In this document: piece after piece, positions 1 to 10,876 of the stretch
How the letters are laid out: every line of letters begins with the position of its first letter
Numbering within the stretch: the first letter of the stretch is position 1
Source: Nemertoderma westbladi
Lineage: Eukaryota; Animalia; Xenacoelomorpha
Assembly (NCBI GenBank): GCA_032718475.1
Contig: JAUCBJ010004755.1
Location: forward strand, 1 to 50,685
Direction: 5' to 3'
DNA: 50,685 nucleotides
Notes under the pieces: generated by a model
The model's input: only the letters and a program-made list of their open reading frames with translations
The model's database searches: none
What the model was told of the DNA's origin: nothing
Translations under genes and position numbers: made by a program

Positions 1-175
1 AGTAAGGAGAGGAAAAGAGGCTAATTAATTTGAGATTGATTAATGATCAATTAAAAGATAATTAATTGGATTGATTAATGAATTTTTATTGCGTCCAGAC
101 CCCCCCCCCCCCCCCCCCCCCTATCTGTAAATACTACTTCAAAAGGAAATAACTATAAAATTGAGTATAAACGAG

Positions 176-221
176 GTTATGACATAAATTCCCAATGTTC
201 TATAATGCAGGTCTATATTGT
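176..221 (+). repeat. Left copy of a 46-bp target-site duplication (right copy 1731-1776)
   Basis: gttatgacataaattc(c/t)caatgttctataatgcaggtctatattgt on both sides of the RTE copy, one mismatch. Confidence 0.9.
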
Positions 222-1695
222 TCCCCCTGAGGTCTTTAAAATACCTGAGTGTTTAAAGCTCATCTATCCCATCATAGTAGACATGTACCGTACAACAAGA
301 GTCCCACAAGAAATGAAAACAAATAAGTTGGTGCCAGTTCCCAAGAAGGGCAACCTAACACTCTATGGTTCTTTTCGGGGAATCTCATTGATCTCGATTG
401 CTGCAAAACTATACAATAGAATTCTATTAAATCGCATCAGGGATCCCATTGAGAGACTGCTACGTGGAAATCAGAATGGGTTCCGTAAAGGTCGTGGGAC
501 CATGGAGCCCATTTTGGCACTTAGAAGGATAATTGAAGAGTTATCAAAAAAGAAAGACAGGCATCTGGCTGTTATCTTTGTTGACTTCTTCAAGGCCTTT
601 GATTCAGTCTCTCGCTCACGTATGTTCAGCATACTTTCATTATATGGGATTCCTGATGAAATTATTGCAGCAATCAGATCAGTATACGATGGTTCGACAA
701 CATTTGTGTCTACTGTTGACGGTGACACAGAACCATTTGAAGTGTTATGGGGCGTCCTCCAAGGAGACACACTTGCACCATTCTTGTTCATTATTGTGGT
801 TGACTATGTTCTACGCATGTCCTTAGATCATCATAATGATGATGGGGTGATGATAACTCCACCTACTGGCTCCAGAAGTCGAGGAAATCCTGCCAAGTAC
901 CTAACTGATCTAGACTTTGCTGACGACTTAGGAATACTCTCAGAATCATTAGAGGGAGCCCAGCGGCTCCTCAGCTCATTAGAACATGCTGCTTCTAGTG
1001 TTGGTCTTTTTATTAACTCCAGAAAGACCAAAATTCTGACAGTTAACTTTGAAAGTCCTCAGCAAGTCTCTGATCGGATGAGCATAAGCTCAAAGGATGG
1101 TATGCTTGAGCATGTGGACGACTTCTGTTACCTGGGATCATGGATCCGGAAGTCAGGTGAGGACCTTCGAATACGTAAGGGAAAGGCATGGGCAGCCTTG
1201 AATAGGCTTTCCAGGATTTGGAAGTCACCTAGAATTAATCGGAAACTTAAGGTTCGATTATTTAGAGCAGCAGTAGTTCCAGTACTCCTCTACGGGAGTC
1301 CATGCTGGGCTCTAACTGCTGAGGACACCAAATCTCTGGATGGCACATTTACAAGAATGCTACGCCGAGTACATTGTGTCAAGTACAATGCACACATCTC
1401 CAACCAGACACTATATAACATTGGAGGTGTCTCATTGGTTCCCCCAAGCTTGACACTAGAACAAAATCGCCTCCGCTTTGCAGGACATTGCTTTCGCCGT
1501 GAGGACCAGCCAGTGCATAATCTTGTACTTTGGCAGCCTCATGGAGTGAATAAGCATGGTGGACAGCCCATGACTTTCTTGAGACGCATCTTAAAGGACA
1601 CTGGCCTTAAAGATGCCGATGATCTAGCAAATGTCATGGGTGATAGGGAGTTGTGGCGGTGCAATTTTGTTGACAAGCCGGCACAGCATTCTTAA
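205..1695 (+). CDS. Partial LINE reverse transcriptase ORF (endonuclease missing; the ATG and first codons come from the target-site duplication)
   Basis: 496-aa open frame with intact RT motifs. Element homology starts at about 222, and 176-221 is duplicated at 1731-1776. Confidence 0.8.
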   Translation: MQVYIVPPEVFKIPECLKLIYPIIVDMYRTTRVPQEMKTNKLVPVPKKGNLTLYGSFRGISLISIAAKLYNRILLNRIRDPIERLLRGNQNGFRKGRGTMEPILALRRIIEELSKKKDRHLAVIFVDFFKAFDSVSRSRMFSILSLYGIPDEIIAAIRSVYDGSTTFVSTVDGDTEPFEVLWGVLQGDTLAPFLFIIVVDYVLRMSLDHHNDDGVMITPPTGSRSRGNPAKYLTDLDFADDLGILSESLEGAQRLLSSLEHAASSVGLFINSRKTKILTVNFESPQQVSDRMSISSKDGMLEHVDDFCYLGSWIRKSGEDLRIRKGKAWAALNRLSRIWKSPRINRKLKVRLFRAAVVPVLLYGSPCWALTAEDTKSLDGTFTRMLRRVHCVKYNAHISNQTLYNIGGVSLVPPSLTLEQNRLRFAGHCFRREDQPVHNLVLWQPHGVNKHGGQPMTFLRRILKDTGLKDADDLANVMGDRELWRCNFVDKPAQHS

Positions 1696-1730
1696 AAATG
1701 CAGCTGCAATGCAGCATGCCGATCCTAGTA
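222..1730 (+). mobile_element. 5'-truncated RTE-clade non-LTR retrotransposon (RT and C-terminus only), probably intronic in the class B GPCR gene
   Basis: RT motifs RGISL, QNGFRKGRGT, FVDFFKAFDSV, GVLQGDTLAPFLF, LDFADD, FCYLGS and an RTE-type C-terminus (RLRFAGHCFR...DRELWR). Short 3' UTR ending in TAG repeats. Flanked by a 46-bp direct repeat. Confidence 0.92.
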
Positions 1731-3488
1731 GTTATGACATAAATTCTCAATGTTCTATAATGCAGGTCTATATTGTAGTTACGGTATGAAACATCATTGT
1801 TGATCAATACCTCGTTTCCAGTAGTGGGGATTGGAGTACAGAATAATGCAGAAGAATGCATTTGCATTACATAATCAATTTGTTAATTATTTACTCTATT
1901 CTTATCTCACTCGAAACATATAATAATGACATATGTTCATGTTCACTGCCCAATCCTTGAATCAAAATAGCTGCATTTATATTTTACATACTGGGCACCT
2001 ACCATGTGATGCTTTTTGACCTTTTAATGAAGTAATTTTTCCGCCAGTTATGGTGGTGGATTTGTTTACGAGTTGTGACGTTCATCTTCACCACATTATT
2101 GTTGGTTGCTCAAAAATTTAGACTCAATAAAAATTAATGGTGATATTATGGTCGGTAAATTAATAATATTTTAATTAAATTTCAATCTAATTAATTTAAT
2201 GAATGAACTATGTAGAGGATCCAGAGTTGATCCAATTGATGTTTCCTTCAAAAGATACATTTCATTCTTTTTAATTTTAGTTTTGTTAATTACTATGCTT
2301 TATGTGTCACGTTTTTATCCTCGAGCAATGACACCCATCCGTATCACTTAATAAGACATCATCCGTATTCAATGTGATTTCATCCGCATGTCGGTTGCTA
2401 CAAGGTGGTACCACCCGCTGGCCTCACCTAGGGACCGAACGGTCCCCCCTGCTGTTATATAAATATACTACCCTCATCAACCATCTGGTACTCAAGCAAG
2501 CAAAGTAGTACAATAGTGACTTGGTTAATATATTGATCGGTTCCGCTCCTCTACAGGCGAAATGCGAGCCGAGTAAAGAAGGAATCAATCGCCCGCGGTG
2601 GTGGAGGTAATTGTAATTCCGTTTGCAGATCGCAAATTGCCTTTCCATATACTACAGAGGCCTAGAGACACATCCGCTAAATATTGTGGGTGTAAAAATG
2701 GATGAGGCCTTTACAGTAGGGCTCTGCGCACTTTGAATTCAAAATCAGGTAATTTGCCGCTCATCCAATTTGTAAAAATGTTTAATTTTATCTTTGTGGT
2801 CGAAATATAAATAAATAGTTTATTTGCTGTCTAATACTCCGTTTATTGTTCGACGTGATGAATTCTGAATGCGAAGTACTTTACATAATTTTATTAGTAG
2901 GTTGTAACATGTCTGTAAAATGTCTCAAGTTACAAATTATGTGCCATTATTTGTGGTGGGTAGAACGAGTGATGAGTTCCGCTTTAATTTAGAGCTCTGC
3001 GCTCTGGTTCACCCATGGGCGCGTTATAGCCACATAAGCGCCAGACATATTTGCTTGTGACTTTGCTTGTTGAAACCCCAGTGTCTCAGGCGGACCCCCC
3101 CCCCCCCCGGGCAATTTTGAGGGGGTCTAACGCCTTGTGTATCCCCCCAACAGAGCATTTTCACAACAGATTTAAGAGAGGCGTCCCGAAAACTAATTAA
3201 AACTTTCATGTAACCATAACCCACCCAATGTCAACCTAGGCTCTAATCTATATCTAATCTACATTACTATTGGCCCGAACCTGTTGTGTTTCGGACATTT
3301 CGGACACTAGCATTGGCCCGATATGCAATAGGAAAAGGGTCCGAAATTCGACAAAATTTCTTAGATTAGAATTCGAGCCTCATGACTCATGGTTAGGGTT
3401 ACATGACAGTTTGCCAAGTATTCTTACTGCTTGTATTAATAACTTAAGATAACATTAAAATAACAATAAATTAAATTTGTTCCCACAG

Positions 3489-3546
3489 TGTTTCCGCTGA
3501 TACCTTCAATCGCATACGTTTTGTTGAGGACATTAATAGAAGACAA
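3489..3546 (+). CDS. Class B GPCR (calcitonin/DH31-receptor-like) exon, TM4
   Basis: cccacag acceptor and gtaagt donor. Encodes FPLIPSIAYVLLRTLIED, which resembles calcitonin receptor TM4 (FPLVP...). Phase is compatible with the next exon. Confidence 0.8.
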
Positions 3547-4159
3547 GTAAGTAAGCTAATAACGGTATGGATAGGGGGAGTTTACCAAACTTATTCCCGA
3601 TAAAACGAGATGGTCTTCCTTTCTCCTATGTGTTGGTTGTTGACTCTTAATCATCTAAGGAATCTCTTCTTCTAATCTCTTATTATTTTTGAACATTTCC
3701 TTAGTTTCTCTACGTTTTGCGCTTATGAAATTAATAGATATTAGAAATTGAATCTCATGTAAGTAAAATGATAATTCCATCTCTTTCAGTTGAAATTAGC
3801 CAGATTTGGAGAAACAACTTTTTTATTTTTTATCAAAATGGAATATATGACGCAATATTCCAGTTTCCAAAAATATTACGTACTTTACTTTAAATTATTT
3901 CATGAAAGACTATAATATCGAAACATCCCAATCCATCTCAATAATTATCTTCCATTATGACGTGAAAGCAATTTATATTGTTTCCACACTACCACTACAC
4001 AACTTTTTTTTGGGCACAGCTTTTGCAAAGTCGGCAATAACACCCATAATTCACCCATAACACCAATAATAAACTATAAAACTACTCAACTTAATTTTGT
4101 ATATTCCAACTGTTTTAAATTCCAAATTTTAAGGTAAATTGTTTTACTTTTATTTACAG

Positions 4160-4229
4160 CAATGTTTGTTGGGCTCTTCCATCCGACTACCATTATTCTA
4201 TCCACGGACCGATATTCGTTTGTTTGCTT
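4160..4229 (+). CDS. Class B GPCR exon, ECL2-TM5
   Basis: tttacag acceptor and gtaagt donor. Encodes NVCWALPSDYHYSIHGPIFVCLL (CW...IHGP signature of calcitonin-type receptors). Confidence 0.88.
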
Positions 4230-4740
4230 GTAAGTTAAAGCGGCGATGGTATAACTTTGGAACCTTTAAGTTCAAAATTGGAAGTTTTTATCGACTTTTA
4301 AATTTTTGGGTTTCTCTTTTCCCAACGAAATTGTACGTTTAATGTCTACTACTAACTAAATCGTTTTCATAATGAAACAAAATTATTTTAAATTTATAGC
4401 TCTGAAGATTGGTTGAAACAAATAAGGGACATTGGAGACGGTAAAATATTACTAATTTAACAGTTACCAGTAACTATAGTAACAGTTTACTGTTACTTTT
4501 CTATTTAAACCGTTCCATCAACATCATTATTATCATTAAATTAAAAAAAAAATTAATTAAATTAATAATTAAAAAAACATAAAGATAGTTTATTAACGAA
4601 GATTTTTACCATGAATACAGAATATTTATTTTAAATTATATAATATATAAGGTATGATTAAGGTTTAATTAAAAAATATAATCATTAAGAATAATATAAA
4701 CTTTGTAAACTGTATTTATTTTCAATTCTGGTGAAATACA

Positions 4741-4855
4741 CCGTGAAATAAAGTAAACTCATTGATTGGCAATGTGGTGCTATATACCACGCCGTGAAAT
4801 AAAGTAAACTCATTGATGGGCTATGTGGTGCTATATACCCGTGAAATAAAGTAAT
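4741..4855 (+). repeat. ~51-bp tandem repeat, about 2.3 copies, intronic
   Basis: ccgtgaaataaagtaaactcattgat...gtggtgctatatacc repeated. Confidence 0.8.
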
Positions 4856-5789
4856 AGTGTTATTTCAGTATGATTGTACCGGTTCTCCGGTAACGCTGAG
4901 GTTTGCCTAACTGAAAGTAATTAATTACAGATGCAGCCAGCAGAAGATACATAGGTTACCTGTACCATACCGTTGCCGGGAATGTTGTAACTCATTCTGC
5001 CGCTGCCTATAACTATTAGGCCTACTTATTTGTACTTATACTTACTTGTTACTGGTACGGTACTCGTACCGGTATAATACACAATTTCTAATTAATACCA
5101 CCTCGAAACTTGAAAATAACACGACATATTCGATAAAAGTACCTGCATTTCACTTTCAGGCTCTCGTTTCATATTTCACTCACTCGCTTACACTCATTCA
5201 TGGAAATATTCCCACTCGAGATAGCGTAAAATACAGTGATACTTTATTTAAATCTAATATGTAGTTGTTATTTATGTTTTAATGTAACATTTAACAAATG
5301 ATGCAGAATTTCCCCCCTTTCTTATGTTGTTTTTGTGAAGACGAAGAAAGTTATATACTATAAGTTAAATTAAATTACCTAACTCATAAATTTTTTCCTA
5401 TAAAATGGATCATCACATGATCAATGGATCATAGATTCCAGTCAAAGAGTCCGCAATCGTTTATTGAGTTTTGCATTCATTTGTATTGTAATTTATAATA
5501 ATTTCTAAAAAAACATTTAGGAGAGATATTTGAATTTCGGTCAAATAAAAATTATGAGTACCTCTTTCCCATACTCTTTTACCGAATAACAATTACAACA
5601 AATTACTTAAAACAATGCAATGTTATTGCATTTTGAACGCGCATTGTCGGCAGTGTTGTCAAAATCTAAAGCGCGGTGACTGCAAACAATTATTGCCTGG
5701 TCTCAGCACTGCCACCGCGAAATGTATCTTGTGAACTGGGGTTTTCAGTAGTTATAATGTTGTTTAAATAACTATTGCATCTTTTTTAG

Positions 5790-5875
5790 CTGAACGTTTT
5801 CTTCCTGGTGAACATCATTAGACTGCTGGTGACGAAGCTCAGAGCTCCAACCAGTCCAGACCAGCACCAGTACCG
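5790..5875 (+). CDS. Class B GPCR exon, TM5-ICL3
   Basis: ttttttag acceptor and gtagg donor. Encodes LNVFFLVNIIRLLVTKLRAPTSPDQHQY(R). Confidence 0.9.
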
Positions 5876-6017
5876 GTAGGTTAACAAGTTAAATATATCT
5901 ATCTATCGTCATCAAGAGTTTTTTCCCCCCTAATTCGTAATTTTATTCTTAAATTGTCTTTCCTCTTTTTCTTTTTTTTCTTCTTTTTTCCTCTTGTTTT
6001 CATTCCTCGTCTTGTAG

Positions 6018-6290
6018 AATATGTAAGGGAAAAGCATGGGCAGTATTGAATAGTCTGTCCCGAATTGGGAAGTCCTATAGAATAGAACGGAACCTCATGG
6101 TTCTAATATTTATGGCAGTAGTAGTACAAGTACTCTTATATGGGAGTCCATGCTGGGCTTAACTGCAGATGATACCAAATCTCTTGCCAACCAACACATT
6201 GTTACTATCAATAATCAAATCTCTGGGTGGCACTTTCACAAGAATGCTATGCCGGGTTCATTGTGTCAAGTACAGTGCACACATCTCCAC
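6018..6290 (+). pseudogene. Degenerate internal fragment of the same RTE family, in a GPCR intron
   Basis: Similar to about 1168-1401 (taagggaaa-gcatgggcag, gggagtccatgctgggct, acaagaatgcta, cattgtgtcaagtaca-tgcacacatctcca), with indels. Confidence 0.8.
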
Positions 6291-6824
6291 ATTTTGTCGA
6301 TGAGCCGGCATAGTATTCTTAATGCAGGCTGTGCCAACTGTGGACTTCATGGTGGTAGAAAAAATACTATTGAAAGCCAGCATAACAGCACTATTTACAG
6401 CTGCAATGTAGCAGACCGATTCCGGAAGTAGTACAATGTTGACCAATTGCACGTTTCCCTCCCATTTGGCATCGTTGTTTGGTTTGGCTGTTGTCCACAT
6501 GGTTTTCTCATGTCCTAATTAGTACGCGTTGTTAATAAGAAAGAATGCCACCCGGATAGTCGTCCTCCTATCACAAACCAGCAAACGAACAGGCTTCTCT
6601 CCAGTATTCCTGACGACAGTCTTCTAACTCCTAAATGAATAGGAGTCCTGCTATTAAAATGTGGATATGCTGTGATGTGATATGTACTTATAAGATTCTT
6701 TTTTTCCCAACCGTTACAAAAAGTGATTAGAATAACATAAGTGAGGGTGGGGAATAGGAAGGAAATTTTGAGAAACTTCATTCGAGGGTTCTGTTAGACT
6801 CATTTTTCTTGTTTTTGTTTTCAG

Positions 6825-6966
6825 GAAAGCTGTGCGTGCTACTGTTATACTAGTTCCCCTGTTGGGCATTCAGTATGTGATCATGCCTGCCGCAGGAATG
6901 CTTCCGCAGAATGGTGATGCTATGAAGGTTTATAATTATTTCAATGCATTTTTTATGACTTTTCAG
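6825..6966 (+). CDS. Class B GPCR exon, TM6-ECL3-TM7 start
   Basis: ttttcag acceptor and gtgagt donor. Encodes KAVRATVILVPLLGIQYVIMP...FFMTFQ (KAxRATxxLxPLLG motif). Confidence 0.93.
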
Positions 6967-7405
6967 GTGAGTCTGAATCAGTAGAAATTAGAGATAAATC
7001 TGTATGCGAACTCATACCCTAACTCTGTTTTGTTTTGGTAATTATTATTTATGAATGTGTAGAACCCGTAAAAGATTTAATTTGAACCACAACCTTTATA
7101 TATTTTATTCAAATCATATATATATATATTATTAACTTCACAGGTGCTCTATCTAATATGGATAATGTACGGAGTGCCTACATTTTAATTATTTATTATG
7201 ATTTGGGTGTGGCCAGCTAAAAATCACCAAAAACCTAATTACAAATGCAGAACTTGTAGACCTGAAGCTGGGCCTGTCTAAAGATATGAAGAAAGTTAGA
7301 ACTACTGTCGGTTATCACAAAACAGCATTTCCCAATAACATTACTTCGCAATATATAATATATATTTTTATATCTTTAGAAATATATTTGTATTTCCTTC
7401 CATAG

Positions 7406-7615
7406 GGCGTATTTGTCGGATTTATTTATTGCTTCTTTAACGGCGAGGTAATGTCGGTAATTCGCCGCTGGTTCAACTCAATAAGAATGCAACACGCAAC
7501 TCATATGTCGCACTCAGTTAGAGGCAGACTGCATTCAGGAACCGCACAAGCAATAGGCAATAGACAGCACCAGAGAAAGAACCATAAAACTACGTTGACT
7601 GAGTCTATTATTTAG
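7406..7615 (+). CDS. Class B GPCR terminal exon, TM7-helix 8-C tail
   Basis: ccatag acceptor. Encodes GVFVGFIYCFFNGEVMSVIRRWF...TTLTESII, TAG stop at 7613-7615. YCFxNxEV is the class B TM7 signature. Confidence 0.88.
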   Translation, partial: GVFVGFIYCFFNGEVMSVIRRWFNSIRMQHATHMSHSVRGRLHSGTAQAIGNRQHQRKNHKTTLTESII

Positions 7616-8668
7616 ACTACAATTCTCACAAATACAGTATCATTGTTTAGTTATGAAAAAACAATTTAGAATAATAGATATTATAATTTTTGTTATGAAA
7701 TATATAATAAATACATCATAATACTAAACTGATATATTTAGGTCTCCTGTTGTGTGAACAGCGGTCAAAAATGCAGTATGTTTTTTATGCATTCCATTTA
7801 GGGATACTTTATTTTTGTTTTAATATAGCAACTTTTTTAAATTCGTTCTGTTAGGTCGCAATTATAAAATGAAGGAGTGTTTATTATTTAAACTGCGTTC
7901 TCCAAGATCGAGGATAATGACATATTTAATTCAGTATTCCTTAATCTTACTATAGCAATGGGCTCCAATTAATTGATAATCATAGAATATCGATAATCAA
8001 TTTTCGAAAGATATTCGTTTCTTCGGAAATAGGAGAAGATTTCCATTAGAATCATCTATAGAATATCTTTTGTAGTTTGACTCATAAATTTTATCTGGTC
8101 TTGTCTTTAGTTGAAAATACATTTTTGTATTCAAAACATCATTCTCTTTAATAATAACTTGATTTTTGTAATACATTATGTAGATTTTTATAATTGTAAT
8201 AGTTTATATATTAAAGGTTATATTATATATTAGATTTCTAGACAGTAGCGTAAATGAAAAATGACCGCAGCATAAATCGTAGTTGAATGCGTGTCGTACC
8301 ACCAATACTGACAAACATGTCATTTGACATGTTTATAATGACAGAAAAATACTACAATAATTAAAAAATAAATACATATAAATTGATCTAAATTGATTAT
8401 AATTTAGGTAAGTGAATAAATATTTACTAAGGTATATAGGGCATAACAGTTTGTAACGTGCGATATTTCGATCTATCATCTTGAATGGATATAGTAACAA
8501 ACGTTCTTTCATTCACCAATAACAACTTTCAACTTTTCCTTCAAGATTTAACCGTTGTTAAAATTATACCGCGTTTAAAAAAGTTTAACAGTAATAATAA
8601 TATCAGTTGCAATAAGATATAAACATATATAAGAAATATATAGTTAATAACGTTTATGTATTTTACTT

Positions 8669-10876
8669 TTACATATTCTGTATGATAGAGTTTTCAGAAT
8701 GGGGTTTCCTCTGGAGATCGCTTTTTGCCGCTCCATTCATTAATGTCATTGATCTTTTTCTCCGAATCTTCCCGAGGTCTGGGATTTTCTGCCCCACCTT
8801 CATGCTGTCATGATACCACATTGGCTTCACTGGTTCTCCATCACTCAACACATCTGCGTAATTATTTCCTCCGCTGTTCACTAACTCGATATCTTTAGCC
8901 TGCGGATCCACCTGCTCGGTTCCCATTATGCCGTTGATGTTCACGTTATCGTTGCCATTTAGGAAATATGTTATACTATTTCCCATTCCTTTTATTTCTA
9001 CAACTCCACGCTTTTCCAGTTGGAAACCGCTCCCCGCGAGTAACTTGTTCACAGCATGTGAAACATGGATCCTTCCTGCAAGACCGTGACTCTCCATTCG
9101 TGATGCCTGTGTCACGGTCGATCCAAGAATGTAGAATCGTGGCAGTCTGATTCCAACCAGACCACCCATAATTGGGCCAGAATGCATCCCCATGCGGAGA
9201 ACTAAGGCATCATGTGTTACTGGATTAACAACAGAACGTGTTGCAAGCATCATAGCAATAGCTGCATTAGCTACTCTTTGCGCATGCAACTCATATGGGT
9301 ATGGCACCCCTCCAGCAACACAATATGCATCACCAATATATTCCACTTTGAATACATCATGAACTACTGTGATGCGATCCATAATACTGAATAACTCGTT
9401 AAGTAGCTTAACTATCTGATCCGGTTTACTCTGCTGACAAATGCTCCCAAACATGACGATATCTGAAAACATAATGGTTGCTTCTTCAAATATATTTGCA
9501 TCACATAACGGATTCTTTCCCTTCGTTTCCCATGCTTTCACATAATACAATGGCAATATAGCCTGCATTAAACCACGTCGAGCCAACCTTTCCTTCTCTG
9601 CCAAATCCATATATTTATTGACTTTTTCACGAAGCCGTATCACTTCATTACCATCAGCTCCACTGCTTTTACAAAGACGTCCTTTATCGGCCAAATCTCT
9701 TGTGATGTCATGTTGTGCTATTTCCGAGAATTTAATATGTTTTGCCTTTAGCTCATCCATGGTGTCTACCATTGGCGATCCTAAGAATACCATATGATCA
9801 TCTTCATCTTGCCATATCATTTGTCCTCTAATATTGTAGGTATTATCGCGATATAGGGGTGGCAACATGTTCTCACGACATCGGAATATGAAGACCTGGT
9901 TGCTGAACTTTCTGAAAGCCAAACAGTTGAACTCAATTGGAGGATAAACAAGACTCAGACATACTGAAAGCTTGGTACTTCCTGCAGATCTCATTGGTAG
10001 AAACAAACGCTGTAAAGTAACACCAGCATGCATCACTCTCAGTTCCGAGTCGAATACAACATGATATGGGAATGCATTGGAGAATGTGTCTGGGCGAATG
10101 ATCAACACATTTGGGTAAATGGGATCAAATTTATCCACCAGGGCACCCATAGCAATTGCGGAACGAATCATTGCCCAACGACGTTTGGATCTGTGAACCT
10201 GCCTAGTACTAATAGCTCGTTCCACAGTCTGTTTGTCCAAAACTTTCTCACTTCCTTTTTTTGTCTCAGCCACAAATTTTGGTCTTGGTTGTGGCCGCTG
10301 TCTTGGCTTCTTTAATTGAACTTTCATATCGATACTATCTATCTTTTTCCCACCAATATTTTCCTCCCGTCTCTCTCCAATTTCTATTTCTATCTCGCTA
10401 CCATAGTAACGAAGTGCTGCTGCTCGTGTCAACCCTTTATAGAAACTATCCATTTTGTATCGAATGCTGAGAACATTTAGCAAAAGATTCCCATCACTTA
10501 ACACGGTTGCATTGAAACTTGGAGCATCGACTGTATCAAAGATGCCCTGATTTAGGTACCAGTGAACATTGTCGAGATTGTTTAGAAATGATCGAATATC
10601 GTGAGACAATGTTGAAAGTCGCTCCGTAATTTCATCAGAATTGCTCAAACAAAATTCATTGATATAAAACTCACCTAGTTGCTCTAAGAATGCGTCTCTT
10701 GTGAATCCAAGAATCTTTATGCATGCTATTATTAGTTTGTCCATAATTTCTTTGTTGTAAGTTTTTTCATGTTGAAGCTTTCCCTTTAAGGCACACTCAG
10801 ATGAAACCTTATCCCAGCTGCCTTCGTGTTTATCAATGACAAACTTCTGAATGCATAAGTTTATGTTGGCAAACAT
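8669..10876 (-). CDS. Intronless soluble guanylate cyclase-like protein (H-NOX, PAS/HNOBA, coiled coil, class III cyclase), 735 aa
   Basis: Starts MFANINLCIQKFV (ATG at 10876, AAC-ATG context). FLNNLDNVH carries the heme-ligand His position. Also APSF, AFPYHVVFD, IRGQM, FLGSP, TIMFSDIV, KVEYIGDAY, RMGMHSGP and ASRMES. Confidence 0.93.
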   Translation of the reverse strand: MFANINLCIQKFVIDKHEGSWDKVSSECALKGKLQHEKTYNKEIMDKLIIACIKILGFTRDAFLEQLGEFYINEFCLSNSDEITERLSTLSHDIRSFLNNLDNVHWYLNQGIFDTVDAPSFNATVLSDGNLLLNVLSIRYKMDSFYKGLTRAAALRYYGSEIEIEIGERREENIGGKKIDSIDMKVQLKKPRQRPQPRPKFVAETKKGSEKVLDKQTVERAISTRQVHRSKRRWAMIRSAIAMGALVDKFDPIYPNVLIIRPDTFSNAFPYHVVFDSELRVMHAGVTLQRLFLPMRSAGSTKLSVCLSLVYPPIEFNCLAFRKFSNQVFIFRCRENMLPPLYRDNTYNIRGQMIWQDEDDHMVFLGSPMVDTMDELKAKHIKFSEIAQHDITRDLADKGRLCKSSGADGNEVIRLREKVNKYMDLAEKERLARRGLMQAILPLYYVKAWETKGKNPLCDANIFEEATIMFSDIVMFGSICQQSKPDQIVKLLNELFSIMDRITVVHDVFKVEYIGDAYCVAGGVPYPYELHAQRVANAAIAMMLATRSVVNPVTHDALVLRMGMHSGPIMGGLVGIRLPRFYILGSTVTQASRMESHGLAGRIHVSHAVNKLLAGSGFQLEKRGVVEIKGMGNSITYFLNGNDNVNINGIMGTEQVDPQAKDIELVNSGGNNYADVLSDGEPVKPMWYHDSMKVGQKIPDLGKIRRKRSMTLMNGAAKSDLQRKPHSENSIIQNM

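Noticed and set aside
100-121. Poly-C/poly-G tracts (also near 3095, 37874, 42038, 44087, 45913)
   Set aside because: Simple homopolymers in repeat fragments, with lengths unreliable in assemblies.
2400-2450. ggtggtaccacc palindrome and gggacc/ggtccc hairpin resembling a T-box or ribozyme
   Set aside because: No supporting stem I, terminator or catalytic core. It lies in an animal gene region and is likely a repeat fragment.
7448-7453. gtaatg donor after NGE giving the usual 42-bp class B TM7 exon
   Set aside because: Read-through gives a plausible helix 8 (EVMSVIRRWF) and C-tail, and no downstream exon was found. It cannot be excluded without transcripts.
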